NCBI GenBank assembly: GCA_051362555.1
Contig: CM120647.1
Coordinates: 8,556,001 to 8,620,000 of the forward strand
Reading direction: 5' to 3'
Length of the DNA stretch: 64,000 nucleotides
DNA from: Lingula anatina
Lineage: Eukaryota; Animalia; Brachiopoda
Shown here: positions 1 through 13,540 of the stretch, piece by piece
Position numbering within the stretch: the stretch's first letter is position 1
Layout: every line of letters begins with the position of its first letter
Position numbers and translations under genes: made by a program
Notes under the pieces: generated by a model
What the model was told of the DNA's origin: nothing
Database searches by the model: none
Seen by the model: the letters and a program-made list of their open reading frames with translations, nothing else

Positions 1-959
1 CTGGGATAGCCTGTCCCATTACAATGGAAAGTGACCTGGTCAGTCTCCTGTCCTTGGGCAGTCTCCGGCCAAGGTCCAGTTAAATTTAGGGGAGATATTG
101 CTATAAAGTAAAATGTAATATTTTATTAGGATTCCCCATAGGGGAATACTATTGTTTTTGGTAGTATTATTATTCTTTCCGCGTGTTTTTTTTCGCAAAA
201 AATCTGAAATAATTGTCATAGGTAGCCTATGGCAAGAATATGCCACAGAACCAGTTTCAGTGCCCTTGACCTACTTTTCAAGGTCACAGGGGCTTTTAAA
301 GGCAAAATTTGTAAAATTTGAAATTGCCATTAGGCCTAAAGTATAAGCCATATGGCTAAGGGCCTTATGGCCGGTGATACTGAGGTGAACCCACAGATAA
401 TGACCTACTTTTATGCAATTAGGTCAAGGTCAAGGTTGCTAATGGCCAAACGGGCTCAAAAAAGGTTTGTTTCCGAGATCTCAAAAACCGGAAGGCCCAG
501 AGCCCCGATCATAGTGGCAAATGATGCCCTATATATTTATCTAAGGTTAGCCGTACTTGGGTGGCGACTGCCTAATTACTTTTTTAAATATAGATTTTTA
601 AATATTTATGACATTGCAGAAATCGTGAGTTTGGCAATTTCTCCATGAAACACTGGTTTTTGGTCATAGCATGCTATAGTAAACTACCCCAAACATATAC
701 CCAAAACCCCCAAATCAAATGTCAAATTTGACCTTGACCCTCATTTTCAAGGTCATTTGGCTATTTCATGGAGAAATATTGAAGTTGGCTAAAAGTGATG
801 TTTTGTTGACCCCCCCCCCCCCCCCCAAAATTTGCACATGCTGTTTCAGAATATGGGGTCAAATTTAACCTGTGACCTTCACATGACCTTGTAAGAGCTT
901 TTCCACACCTTTTTTGCAGGGGAATCCTCCGCCACTGGCTTAAGCCAGTTGCAGTCTAG
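1..959 (+). mobile_element. Non-autonomous Helitron-like repeat (3' end; 5' part outside window)
   Basis: Perfect 16-bp palindrome ACTGGCTTAAGCCAGT (934-949), then CTAG (956-959) and T: the Helitron 3' hairpin+CTRR signature. Body is rich in TGACCTT/AAGGTCA motifs. Lies in an intron of the Ig gene. Confidence 0.55.
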
Positions 960-981
960 TTCATCTTCTTTTGCTCTTGAA

Positions 982-1019
<38 letters not shown>

Positions 1020-1139
1020 ATGACTACAGCCGATATGATATTCTTCACTATATTAACCAGGCTATTGTCAAAGTGTACCGGTACATGTTTTATCCCTGAA
1101 ATATACCGCTAGATTGAGTAAACGCCTAAGTAGTCTTAC

Positions 1140-1429
1140 CTGCTACGTTAAGCGTAATGTTCCCGACAATAGATAGGACGTTGGCGCTTCCATAGCCTGC
1201 GCCGTAACACGTGTAGACGCCAGCGTCCGTCGGACTGGCGTTAACTATCTTGGAATACGTATAGGTACAGTGGTCCTTCTCGCATGAGATGAGCCTCCCT
1301 CTCGCGACCCCATACCGCCTTGAGTACTCGGTGGCGTTTTTGTAAATGTAGATGTTCACTTGGTCTTCAGTCTGTGGGAGTGGAATATTGGGTTGAATTT
1401 ATGCTCTGTGGTTTGAAACTACGTCGGGG

Positions 1430-1463
<34 letters not shown>

Positions 1464-1906
1464 CAGAGAGAGAGAGAGAGAGAGAGGTTTGAAACCACGT
1501 ATAGTCGTGAGAGAGAGAAAGAGAGTGGTTTGAAATTACTTGTATTCTTAGACCTGTGTGTGTGTGAGAGAGAGATGGAGAGAGAGAGAGAGACAGACGC
1601 AGCGTAAGTGGGGAAGGGACGGAAAAAGTGTGAAGGGGGGGGGGAGAACAGGGTAGGAGGGGAAAGATACAAAATAAACCTGTCAAGTTACATGCATACA
1701 ACATTTAAATTAGATAATTAAAATCTTAACTTTGGATACAATACAATCTTAATTCTAAGTCTACCTTAAGCCCGTAAAACACCGAGAACAAATTAAGCCC
1801 CCCTCTGAAAACTATGCAAGAAAAGAAATGCCTGCCATATTTAAAGACCAGTAACAGTGATGTATGAATAAAATGAGGACTGTCAAATATTGTCAAAACC
1901 CCAACG

Positions 1907-1940
<34 letters not shown>

Positions 1941-3868
1941 GCGTTCGCACACCCAGAAAACAGGGGCTTAATATGTAATATCCAACAAGAAACATTGGAC
2001 ATAATAACGAAGAAATCAAACACTCACGATCGTGCTATTCTGCCAAACCTCACAGTACATCGGGACGGATTCTCCCAATATCGCATCATAAGTTTGGTTT
2101 GTTAAATCTTTACCATGGATACTGAATCTGTTGGTAAGCTGATAACAATTTTCCTTGGACATCGAAGTACAACTTCCGTGAACTGCTGAAAGTAAGCAAA
2201 GTGAAAGCACAACTTAACAAAGAATGTCATATTTTATGCAAGGGACTGTATAAAAAAGTTAAACGATTTTTTTGAAAGAACATCTTAATGCCGATTTGTA
2301 CAAATATGTCATGTTGTGATATTCCCCTATTTAATATACTTATTTATTGTATGCATTTATATACTACTCTGCGTAGATTAATGAGCCTGCAAATGTCAAT
2401 TCATGTACACATTTAGTGCTCAATAAACATTATTATTGTTATTGTTATAGTTTCTTAAAGATGATGAAACCTTATACAAGACACCGTCTTCAAAAAGTAG
2501 TCTACAGGAGTTTGTGAAACCTATCACAGCAAACACACAGACAAAAAAAAAAAAAAAAAAAAAAAACCGATGGAAACCAAATGTTGCCTCCTTCGTAGGC
2601 GGATGCTCTGTTAAGGAAAAAATCAAATGCATCGGTTGACACGCGCAAATGTGTAAGTAATACTTATTGTCGTTTGTGTAGTAGAAGCGGATGTGAAAGA
2701 ATACTGACTGTATATATGTGGGCTCTTCGTGACACTCTGATCGGAAAACAAGATAAAAGATGAAACTTAACACGCAGGACGTGGTGGTGATGACGCATGG
2801 GGGCAGAGGGGGTGGAAATCAAACTAAATCACTGTATCCCACTACCCCCTCCAATGCCCTTCGACCACCACCCATCTCCTTCTTAACCAAACTGATGCAT
2901 CCAGACTTTATTTTTTGTCCTAAGTCGGAGATTAAGAAAAACAAAGCAAACCTAATCTGCCACCCAACGTTGTATGCAGGACAGTACAAGCATTTGTTTG
3001 CGTTAGACAGTTTTTTTGTAAAGACTGATGAAGAGAAGAGACCACACACTGTCCCCTAGGCAATAGGGGTGCTGGACCCCCCCCCCTTCCAAGCGGTCGC
3101 CCTTTGGATAGATAAAAGCATATTCTGAATCAACATTTATGTGTGCCATTAAACTGTATAGCAAGCAAATTAAAAGGTCTATTTTTACACATAAAGAACT
3201 CTTTTGCTGGCACATGACCTGACACATATACAGTATATACTTCCTACCAACTAAGTCCACAGATTGATTTCCCACCAGATATGTTGATAAACTGTATAGC
3301 AAATGAAAAGGTCCATTTTTACACATAAAGAACTTCTTTCGGCTGGCCTAAGGCTCTATTCCCATAGATTTTAGATCGATCTATCCCCGCGGGGAGTCTC
3401 ACTAGATTACTTTCAGATAATCCGACTTAAATGTCCTACTACAAGCTGTAAGGGGTTAATTAACTTTCGTGTCCGCCCGGTTGACAGCTATTTAGCGGGA
3501 ACCCCCAGGGAGTTAGGTCGATCTAAAGTAGGTCGATCTAATCTATGGAAATGGGGTGTAAGACCCGACACATGCTTTCTACCTACTAGGCTCACAGGTT
3601 CATTTCCCACCAGATATTCACAGCTATGTCTCTGGCTAATTCATGACACAATTCTCGAAACACTTCACATAATTAGTGAGAGACATATCAGTCAATATCT
3701 TGTACGTAAATCAATCTGTGAGCGTGGCCCTGTTAGGGGGTATACCTGACACACGTGGCTCGACTACTCACCGTTCCTCCCGACAAAACTCAGAACAAGC
3801 AGTACATATAAAACAATACGTTGTGACGATCTCTCCACTAGTCCCTTCGAGATGTCTCTGAGCCTCAT
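1140..3868 (-). CDS. Secreted or cell-surface Ig-domain protein, 5' part (exons 3868-3772, 2185-2028, 1371-1140; continues past left edge)
   Basis: GT/AG-bounded exons join in frame: MRLRDISKGLVERSSQRIVLYVLLVLSFVGRN-AVHG (signal-peptide-like), then LGESVPMYCEV...NASPTDAGVYTC...GNITLNVA, with the Ig B-strand Cys and the DxGxYxC motif; ends at a phase-1 donor. Receptor class cannot be assigned. Confidence 0.8.
1429..1594. repeat. Compound (GT)n/(GA)n microsatellite with repeated GGTTTGAAA spacer
   Basis: Read directly from the sequence. Confidence 0.9.
3152..3619. repeat. ~138-bp tandem duplication; second copy interrupted by a MITE
   Basis: AAACTGTATAGCAA...ATTTCCCACCAGATAT occurs twice; the second copy is split at 3352-3558. 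Confidence 0.75.
3352..3558 (+). mobile_element. MITE family A (PIF/Harbinger-like)
   Basis: Imperfect TIRs (ATTCCCA..TAGATCGATCTA / GTCGATCTAATCTATGGAAAT) and TAA flanking both ends. Seven related copies occur in the window. Confidence 0.85.
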
Positions 3869-4285
3869 CCTGTGTGTTCTTAAAACCGTTAATACTGATT
3901 AATACTGACTGTTGAAGTTTATGTATGTATGTACCAGTAACTCATTGGAAAGTATCCCGTGGCTCACGAGTTCTCAAAGTACGCCAGGACAGCCGGTGTG
4001 TTCTTTAACGCACACATCCATGAATAAAGATTAAAACAGAGTTTTAAATGCTTAAGTGTTTTTCGTCCCGGATGCAGCTGAGAGAATAGGCCAAGTCTTA
4101 ATTTAAACAGGAGCTGCACCGTCGTTATACTGGAAGACCACTGATGCAGTCACTTCCGCATATTATAGTGGGTCTCGCATGTAAAAGGCATGTTAATGTC
4201 CACCGTGTGTCCGTTTACGACACACTGGGGTACAGGTAGCTGTGGTCAGTTTTTTTAAAAGGCAAGAGAAAATGACAACTATCTA

Positions 4286-4712
4286 AGGGAGCGTTCAGAT
4301 AAACCCATCGTGCTAGATGGACCGACCCAACTCTGCGGCAGATTCTCGCTAAGTGCAATCACTGTAATCGGGTTAAATATCTGACACGCCTCGAGTAGCT
4401 AGAGGGTAATTAACTAATTAACTAATTAACTAGCTACTCGGGGAGGCATGTCAGACAATTAAGATCAATTAAGCTGATAACACTGAATACAATTTAGCGG
4501 ATCGATCCAACTGGTAAATTGTTTGAATCTGAACACAATCTTAGGACTCACCCCCCCCCCCCCCAAGAAACTATCTGACTTTAATCAGAATACAGAAAAG
4601 GTGGTGATTATTCGAGTACGTTAAAAACAAGAGGACGCGTGTTAATCTGTTCATCGGATTGCATTCAGCGAGAGTGCCCGTAGAGTTGGATCGATCTGTG
4701 AAGAATGACCCC
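4286..4712. mobile_element. Cluster of nested or abutting palindromic MITEs (family B and a related foldback element)
   Basis: CCAACTCTGC...GTAGAGTTGG inverted repeats; internal palindrome CGAGTAGCTAG...CTAGCTACTCG; segments shared with ~26680-27100 and ~57562-57793. Confidence 0.6.
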
Positions 4713-4715
4713 TAA

Positions 4716-4943
4716 GAGTGCATGCATTCCCAGAGATTTAGATTGATCCATCTAGATAGACCTTACTCCCTGGGGGTTCACGCTAAATTGCTGCCAGCCG
4801 AGCGAGCACGGTAGTTAATTACCCCCTTACAGCTTTTAGTAGGCGGGACGGACATTTAAGCGGTAATAGTAATCTAGTGAGACTCCCCACAGGGATAGTT
4901 CCCCACAGGGATAGATCGATCTATATTATGTGGGAACGGGGTC
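4716..4943 (-). mobile_element. MITE family A
   Basis: Reverse-oriented copy with TAA on both sides. Confidence 0.85.
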
Positions 4944-6192
4944 TAAATGTGCGTTATTTAGTAGGCGTCAGCCTTGAGAGTTCGATTTTATGCACAGACA
5001 ATACTTCTAAGGTGTCTGGAATTTATACAACGTCTTAAATTCCAGGCAGCTATGTCTCAGGTATTAACATATTGTCGACTAAGCTGGGTACAAATATCTG
5101 GGGCATCTAGCTAGTAAAAAGAGGCAGTAGTGACTGTAAATGATATGTGTGTATGTATGTATGTATGGCTTGAAAGTGTCACGTTCAAAGTTTCTTTATT
5201 ACCTACTTAAAAATGTTAATAAAAACAACATCAATAGCAGCTATGTCACCTATATGTGCGGCAACGTGATACGCCTTCGTGTTCCCTTTCGTCTTATAAT
5301 AAAAATTCTTAAAATATTTCAGGGCATTCCTCCAAACTTAATGTAGGCCCAAATAGAGAAATTTCAATCAAAACAATCTAACATTTATAAATTACATTGA
5401 AAATATTATAACTGCAACATCCAATATGTATTTACGAAATTAATATTAGTATTATGTTTTTCAAAAATCATGGCCAAGCTTCCCATTTGAAAAACATTTT
5501 ATTCAAAACACTGTGGACAACCCCCCCCCACCCCCCCCCCACCCCCCCCCAAAAAAAAGACATTTATTTTTTGTGTCCATAACTTTTGTATAAGGATAGT
5601 CCCGATGTCATGGCCTTACTACCTGTCCCCCTTTGGAAGACAACCCTCTACCAAGGCCACAAGTTGATTCAGTCACCAGATATGTCCCGATATGTCCTCG
5701 GATCAGTTAGTCCTCGGATCAACTTGGTTGTGAACGCAGCCTTAGTAGACCCTGTGATTGATGTTGTTGTGACAATTATTCCGGATTTATGTTTAAAACA
5801 TGACATGTTTTAGTCACGAGATGGTGTAAATTTATCAACATAATCTATTTCAGCGTAAGTAGTTCGTCCCTTTTCAATGAAAGGTCAGCGAACCATAGCG
5901 GGAAAATAACATTTAGATATGTGAAAAATAATAATTATGGGTTAAAATAGGCTTTTTATTGTCTCCAGTGTTATGATTATTTATATACGTTTAAGGCGTA
6001 TATGCTCTTGATGAAGGATCGAATCGTCATGCTGCGACACACCTCATATACACAATATACTTTTTTACTAATTAAATCATTACAATGAATTAATATATGA
6101 TAAATGTGGTGAATTTATTGCGGTTGGTGTGACACGTAAAAATGCAATATGCCTTCGCCAACGGCGCGATCTGTCCCAGACATAATTCTCTC

Positions 6193-6232
<40 letters not shown>

Positions 6233-6811
6233 CCCCCCCCCCCTCTCTCTCTCTCTCTCTCCGCATAGACCAAGATCCATCAGCCGCGATTTTCTAGGAA
6301 AAACCCATTGGAATTGAACACAACAATAGCTTAACTGTAACGAAAAAAAATGACGAATGATTGCTTTACGAAAGCGGCTCCAGCTCCACTATCGCACTTC
6401 CCTTATCCAATCCAATAATCTCGCACGCGCATTTAAAGTCAAATAAAGCAATCGGTGTTGATGTGAATAGGGTTTTCAATCACAATACGATATCTCTTGT
6501 GTGGCGAAGGCGCTCACCCGTGTTTGTATTTGTGTGTGACTTTAAGCTTAGCTGCTATAGAAAAACAGCCGTGAGAACAAACTGTTCCGGTTTTAAGGCA
6601 CCTTGCAATGCGGGCACTTATGTTTTGTATTTACACACACACTTACATGTACTAGTACGACCAAATACTGGGCACAGAGCATTGGTATACTAATTCAAAG
6701 TAGGGAAGAATATAGGGTGACCAGTCAAATAGAAGAGAGGTCATTAATACTTCCTCAAGCTGCAGTCAGATCTTCGAATGGACCCTGAATGGCGATGACG
6801 GTAATCGCACT

Positions 6812-6923
6812 TGCGGATGAAATAACCCACTCTGATTTGACAGTACTGTTTTAGTAAGGGAAGTGAGTGCGGATGAAATAAACCACTTTGATTTGATAGT
6901 TCGGTTTTAGTAAGGTAGGTGAG
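6812..6923. repeat. 56-bp tandem repeat x2, each unit ending in a GTGAGT donor-like motif
   Basis: TGCGGATGAAATAA..CCACT..TTTTAGTAAGG..GTGAG at 6812-6867 and 6868-6923. Confidence 0.8.
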
Positions 6924-7359
6924 TTAAATTGTACACTCGTAATGCTAAGACTGGAGCACCAATCCGCACTGTATTTAGTTTATTAAAAGCCACACCTAGA
7001 ACCTGGAATTAACAAAACCTTTTTCGTCTGACGTCGAGCGTATACAGGGTCGTCACAAAGAGCTTCACGAATCTTCGGATAAACCTTTTGTTAAACCCAT
7101 CAGTGATGTCTATATATAGCACCTTTCTCATTATATGCTTTTCTATTTACCTCTGCTAGCGACTAGTGATGTTTTCAACGGGATGGGCGGGTCTCTCAAT
7201 AAGTGAACAAAATATCTTTTAAAAAAAAGAACGGTACAAAATAGTTATTCAAAACTTAAGGTGGCATTTTCAGGATAGTTATTTAGGTGGAAAGAAATAA
7301 GGAAAACGGAGAGGGCGGAGAGAAAAAAATGGATGCCCCCCCTTCCCCCCTGCCCCCCC

Positions 7360-7395
<36 letters not shown>

Positions 7396-8630
7396 ACCTT
7401 TCTAACTTATTAACTCTGAATTAAGATTCATGCTTATACACAACCCTATACTAGAGCCACAGAGGAAATTTTGTGCAAAGAATCCGGGTCTCCAAATATT
7501 TTATGAATATTTATTTCTTTTTCTTGGTGGAGGCCTTCGCTCTTGGAACGCTCTCCAGTTAGTATGGTTTTCTTTTCATCGTCATTTTCCGTTGCTGTGT
7601 ACCCTGCGTTTTACAAATCCCTGTTAACTCACCTCTTCAGTGTATTAATACTAGAAACTCAGGGTGCTTTTTTCTCTGTAAAAAGCAACCACACGCCAGC
7701 GTTTCTGTGTGTCATTAAGAAGGGCGCCTTGAGCAAATAGTCTTAACTCAGAGGTACAATGAAATTGAAATTTAACCAGGTGTGCCGTATCAGCATACCT
7801 GGGTTGTGTGTACATAAAGACAAATGGCGTCGCTCATTAGGAGGCAATGGGAAAATTAACATGGATCGGGGTTACCCTCTACCAGTTATTATTATTATTA
7901 TTTGGACATTTTCTCAGATACAGAGAATAACCGTGAATTTAACCAGAGACATATATGTGAATATCTAGTGAAAAATCAATCTGTGTTCCTGGTAGAGGGT
8001 AGATTAGGGTGGTTTTAGAGGGGTGGGGTGGGGGTGGAGTGAAGTGACGCGGGAGGGGGGGGTGCTGTTGTACGTGATACCGAACCTCCCCAGATCCGTC
8101 ATTCCATCCAAACATGCTTTGTTTCCACACGGCTTGCACTGGAACATGCATGTTTTGTTAACAGTTGCCTTAATGCTAGCTCTTTATTGCTACAAACTTA
8201 ATATTGGGATGTCACAATTCGAATACACTTTTCTTCACATCTCTCATCAAATAAATGGCAAATATTATTAAATATCAGTTTATGAATAAGCGCACACATG
8301 TGAGTGATATCTACAGATATGCCAGAGTAATTAATCACATAGGCCTATCACGTAACACATGTAGTAGGCCTACAGTTGTGCATCATGGGATCAAGATTAA
8401 AATCTCTTCTTTAATTTGTTTTTTTTTTTTTTTTTTTTTTTTGTTTTTTTTTTTAATTTTAGGAATTTTATACCTGATAATTTAAAGGTAAATATGATCA
8501 CATTTGTCTATAAACACCACATTACGATTTTCTTTTCATTGTAGATTTTGAACCAAAGACAACGTACGGTACTGGACATTACGTTACTGGTCATAACAGT
8601 AGGCCTGGCCAGTACTAAACAGATACTGGT

Positions 8631-9161
8631 ATGTCCACCCAACCGCCAAACGAAAGACACCGGGATGAAGATGAAGACGACACTGGCGATGACGCCGTCC
8701 CAGGACCGTCCAACGCCGATCCGGAGGCGAGTTCGAGTACTGATAACGAAGGTAAAGGAAAAGGTAAAGGGACGAAAAAGCCATACGATGGAACGACCAC
8801 TCTAGAGAACTTTGAGCCCTCAACTTACACCGATAAACACAGCAAATTCAAAGTAAATGATTACGGCACAGATTTTGAAATAAGACAGTACGATCCGAAC
8901 GAAAGACCGGAGAAATATAAGCGACCCCAGCCCCAACCCCAGGACACAGCGGAAGATGTAGCGGAGGATGGGGCGGGAGTGACGTCAGGGTCAACGGAAC
9001 CGGAAGCGACCTCCAGTGACGTCAGACCTGTGGCGGTGGCAGTGCCCCGGCCTAAGCCAGCTGTGCAAGAAATAATTATTCATAAGAAAACGAAGGACAG
9101 TATATCTAAAAGTATAAGGAAATTTAGGTATCCGAAAGTCGTTGACGAGTGCCCGTTCTGA
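8631..9161 (+). CDS. Uncharacterised 176-aa acidic, low-complexity protein (single coding exon)
   Basis: GC-rich ORF behind a strong acceptor (ttttcattgtag, exon start 8545); in-frame upstream stop at 8616; shares a motif with the 12003 ORF. Confidence 0.75.
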   Translation: MSTQPPNERHRDEDEDDTGDDAVPGPSNADPEASSSTDNEGKGKGKGTKKPYDGTTTLENFEPSTYTDKHSKFKVNDYGTDFEIRQYDPNERPEKYKRPQPQPQDTAEDVAEDGAGVTSGSTEPEATSSDVRPVAVAVPRPKPAVQEIIIHKKTKDSISKSIRKFRYPKVVDECPF

Positions 9162-9268
9162 GCTGATCCAAAGTAAAACAGTGGGAGTGGATTCAGGGGA
9201 TACACTGCTGAAACGTAATTCTTTAGCTGTTGTACCCCTCCCCACCCCCCCACCCCCCCCAAAAAAAA

Positions 9269-9344
9269 AGGGGGGAGAGAAGAAAGAAACACAATTGAAG
9301 CGAAAATTGGGGGGGAGAGAAGAAAGAAACACAATTGAAGCGAG
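9269..9344. repeat. ~39-bp tandem duplication
   Basis: GGGGGGAGAGAAGAAAGAAACACAATTGAAGCGA present twice. Confidence 0.85.
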
Positions 9345-9522
9345 ACAAAAAACGGTTTTAGCATTCCTGTGCATTCCACAGTAACATTGCCCTCCTTTAA
9401 TATTTTATATTTGTGGAGACAAGCGAGTCATTTATTTTTCAAATCTTAGGCACCCCCTACTTCTAATATTAGTAAAACTAAGGGTTCTCCGATAAACTGT
9501 TCCAAACTGCATGACGGCATGT

Positions 9523-9558
<36 letters not shown>

Positions 9559-12002
9559 GAGGGGGCAAATTTTTGCAACCATGGGCCCCAGAGTTTCTCT
9601 CTCGCTTATTTTTTTTCTTTCTTTGTTTTCCTCTCTTTCGGTGTAAGGATGATGGAGATTGGATTTTCTCATGGTACCAGAGCTTATTGGTACTTTGGAA
9701 ATGTTTTCTCATTAGATATCAGCTTAATTATTTTTTTTCTTCTTCCAATTTAAAATGCTAATTTGAGGATTATATCTAAAATAAATTAGTTTATATAATG
9801 TAGGCTATATTTACGGAATGGTAATTTCAAAAATCAAAATTATACGATTATTGTATACTGTACGTGTACATGTATATATAAAATGCGGAAATATGCTATT
9901 TTCATATGTGCCATATTGAATGACATTAATGTTTTTTCTTTTTTTTTCTTTTTTATTATTATTATTATTATTTATTTTTTTTTTGTGCATTGAAGATTTG
10001 TTTATATATTTTCTAAAAATATATGGATATGCATGGTGATATTACCCATGCATTAAAGTGAGATGTCATCGGAGGAAAAAAAGTGTTGAGATGATATCCG
10101 AATGGTGTCTAAAATCAAATATCTTAAATAATAATCATGCGTCATGCGTTAGATGATTATATCATTTGTCAAAAAAAAACTAAAATCTTACACAAATATT
10201 TTGCTGTCTTTGTGTGTTTGATATATCGAAATTACATCAATAATATAAACGTTTTCAAGAAAAGAACTGCACAGTATACATGTAGGCTGCAGGATGGCCT
10301 AGTGAATAAAAACGTTTTTATTTTCTCGGATGCTTTATTTGATTTTTATGAGTAAGAAAACAAATCTGAATCCAAAACAAAATCTACAACACTCGCCTTA
10401 ATTATTTATTATCAAGTCAATCAATTCATTTTGGGTCAAAACTAAACCACTGATTTTTGTCTTTTATTTTATCGGCGTGTCTACAACTAGCGACACAATC
10501 GTCAAAATACCCAATCATACATGTACAAACACTAGCTATCTCCAGGCACCGCCAAACAATCAGAAAGTGATTAATTCTGAAAAGTGTTTAAGTTGTCTGT
10601 TTTTAGCCAACTGCGTTGATAACTATACAACCAAACATATAAATTTGCTACAGTCCGTCGTCTCCATAATAAACTATGGACTTAACTGATTCAACGTCAC
10701 AGGTAAGTTGTTTAGATAGGATTCGAATACAATCAAACGCCCTTTAATGGTCCTTGATTTAAATATGAAAGGACTACGTAAGCAAACAAACAAAAGTGGA
10801 CGACCGATTGTGGCACCCCCTAGAGTTCAGTCTCTCACGTAAACAAGAGTGCCCCGAACTTTTAATGTAGCAACCACAGCGCCATCTAGGCTTTAATCGA
10901 TTAGGTTAGAGACCTCGTGTAGTAGTTGTTGTTGCCGTTGCATGGAGACGGTACACAATTTAATAACAAGTCATTGGGAGGTATTATAAGCAAGTGAGGC
11001 ATGTGGTGTGATGTTTTGAGTCGAGGTGATTGACCGGGAGAGAGCTAGGAATACTTGAAGTACGGACATATTTTTCTATTATTTCACATACTGAATTACA
11101 TTGAGAAGAAGTGAGCTAATTTAATTACATTTTAAGGTAGGTACATGTACTTCGCGTGTTTTAAGATATAGGGTTTTGTGTTCATTCATTCATTCATTCA
11201 TTCAATCATCCTTCGCCGGTGTTTTCAGATGTTGTTATTTTCCCATCATAAAAATGTTTTTTTTTAATGTTATAGGCTTAGGTACTGCATGCCGTACAGC
11301 ACCAAAACGATTTAAAGCAACTAAAATTCCGACAAATGAGAATTGAAAAGTTATTTTGCGCTGTAGCGGAGATAATAATAATATAATTATAAATAAACCA
11401 TAACAAAATAAAGGCAGTATCAGGCAACTGCCCCTCCCTCTATATCAGCCTACGGATACCCAGTATACAATTCGTATCAAAAGGCTTATAAGTAGGCCTA
11501 CCATATATTGTGTACTAGTACAGTAAAACCTTGCGAAAATTTAAAAATCGAAAATCGGTTTACAGATAGTTTTTACCAACGGCTTTGGATAGGGAATACC
11601 GGTACCTCACTGATATAGGGAAAATTACTGTAATTTTCAGATTTCCCCTTTTATATAGATTGTGTGCCTTTAACGTTATCTTTATTGATCCCACAGATAA
11701 ATATTGCGTGAAACCAGCCGGCCAGTTTGGTGTTACTGGGACAACCAATCAATATGGGGGATACGGGTTAATTGGCTTTTGTTTTGACGTTGTTTTCAGT
11801 TGACCAGGTCACTGAAACAAAAGCACTGGCTAAGTTATTTCACTAGCAGGTGCCTGATAGTAACATTACATGCACATTAGGCTTTTCCAAAAATATGTGT
11901 AAGCTTGTCGTTTAATTCTAATTCATTTTTCTCTTTTTCAGAAAGTTGTTGAGTCTCAATTACACATTCAGCAGATCGTCAGACTACTTGAAACAGTTGA
12001 GA

Positions 12003-12686
12003 ATGTGCAAGACTGGAGAAAACATGAATGATTCCGAGACGGCTAGCCTAGTGACTAGTCCAGTACGTCCTGTGACCGCAAAAGCCCCGGCCAAGAAAGA
12101 ATTAACCCTGCCTGAAAAACAAGACAAAGTGAAGGCCTACGCCCCAAAATCGAGTTGGCAGCCGCCTAAACCGTACACAACAAATTTCAAACTGTACCAG
12201 TATAATCCTGACGAGGCCCGCCCTCAGTCTAGGGCATCAACACCAGGTCAGAGGTCACGACCTCAGTCACATGTTCGGGTCACGAGATCACAGAGTTGTG
12301 ACGTGTTGTCACGCGCCAGTGCCATCAGTGGGAGTGAAATGAGCCTCAAGGAATTATCCACTCAGGACAATTTGGTGGTCTCCACGGAGTTGCCCGGCAA
12401 TAAAAGTGGCAATAAAGTTTCCTCAAAGGGACTCGTGAAGGGACTTAAGCGTCGCATGAGAAAACTAAAGCCAAAGAAGGTTTCCTGCAAAAATGACTAC
12501 AGTAAACCCATTATGGAGACCAGTTTTACCACAAGTCTTCCTCACGAAAACTCCTTTGACAATTCCTCATTTGAGGAGGATAATGACGAGGAAGAGGAAG
12601 TTGCGGTAGTTGAGATTCTCACAACACAATCAGACACTACTGATCCTTGCCAGAACAGTCGGTGGTGCGAGGGATTGGCTTTTTAA
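12003..12686 (+). CDS. Uncharacterised ~227-aa Ser/Pro/Lys-rich protein with acidic tail (one large coding exon)
   Basis: ORF behind an acceptor (ctctttttcag, exon start 11942); candidate upstream donors at ~10702 and ~11137. Frame is open back to the acceptor, so the true start may be upstream. Confidence 0.75.
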   Translation: MCKTGENMNDSETASLVTSPVRPVTAKAPAKKELTLPEKQDKVKAYAPKSSWQPPKPYTTNFKLYQYNPDEARPQSRASTPGQRSRPQSHVRVTRSQSCDVLSRASAISGSEMSLKELSTQDNLVVSTELPGNKSGNKVSSKGLVKGLKRRMRKLKPKKVSCKNDYSKPIMETSFTTSLPHENSFDNSSFEEDNDEEEEVAVVEILTTQSDTTDPCQNSRWCEGLAF

Positions 12687-12863
12687 TAATTTTTTAATAT
12701 ATTTTTATCGCTGTAGTATATATAACTACTAGCGAATGTTACAAAAATGACGATACTTATTGAAATATAATGAAAACAAGTGTATTGCAGTGAAGTTTTT
12801 TGCAAGTTTGGGTTGCTTGTGCGTGCAGGCATACAAGTACCTGTGTGTGTGTATGTGTGTGTA

Positions 12864-12907
<44 letters not shown>

Positions 12908-13323
12908 GGTACACAGGCTCGTATACGTACATGCAAGCGAGGCAATGTAATTTTTAGAAGAACAAACTATTACTTCCACTTTTGTTATCCCATTGATAGG
13001 GGGATTGTTTCTGATACTTAAGCTTAATCAGGGAATAAATCAGCTTCCAATCTATGTTCAATTCTCAGTTGTGTGCCTTTTTATTTACTCTTGGGTTTAA
13101 AGGTAAAGAAAAATATTGCTTTAAAGAATCGTGCCAAAATATCATAGCACTTTTTTTTGCCTATTTGTAGGAGCAACATTGATAACTCAAACACTGGTAA
13201 ATGGTGTTAAAAATTAAACTGTATTTGCCGTATATAATGAGGGAAATTCAAGATCTACCACAAAAAATACGAAAGTACGATGGCCCCTGTACACACCTGT
13301 CTGTCTTGTATGGCAGAATTTAT

Positions 13324-13540
13324 GGGCGTATTCCCAGAGCTTTTAGATCGATCTATCCCGGCAGGGAGTCTCACTAGATAACTGTCAGATAATCCGGGTT
13401 AAAATTATCCGTCCCGCCTACTACAAGCTGTAAGGGGGTAATTAACATTCGTGCCCGCTCGGCTGACAGCTATTTAGCGTGAACCCCCAGGGAGTTAGGT
13501 TGATCTAAAGTAGATCGATCTAATCTCTGGGAATGGGGTC
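13324..13540 (+). mobile_element. MITE family A
   Basis: GGGCGTATTCCCAGAG...CTCTGGGAATGGGGTC with TAT on both sides. Confidence 0.9.

Noticed and set aside
40-648. Short ORFs in the first 650 bp
   Set aside because: Inside a non-coding interspersed repeat; no Rep/helicase or transposase motifs.
1320-2105. ORFs with poly-(ER), (CV), (HT) or (LS) runs (also 6080, 9446-9761, 12683-12979, 36466)
   Set aside because: Translations of microsatellites and homopolymers.
7336-7398. Very long poly-C tract (G-quadruplex potential)
   Set aside because: Similar C/G runs are scattered across the window and their lengths are prone to sequencing error; no specific functional context.
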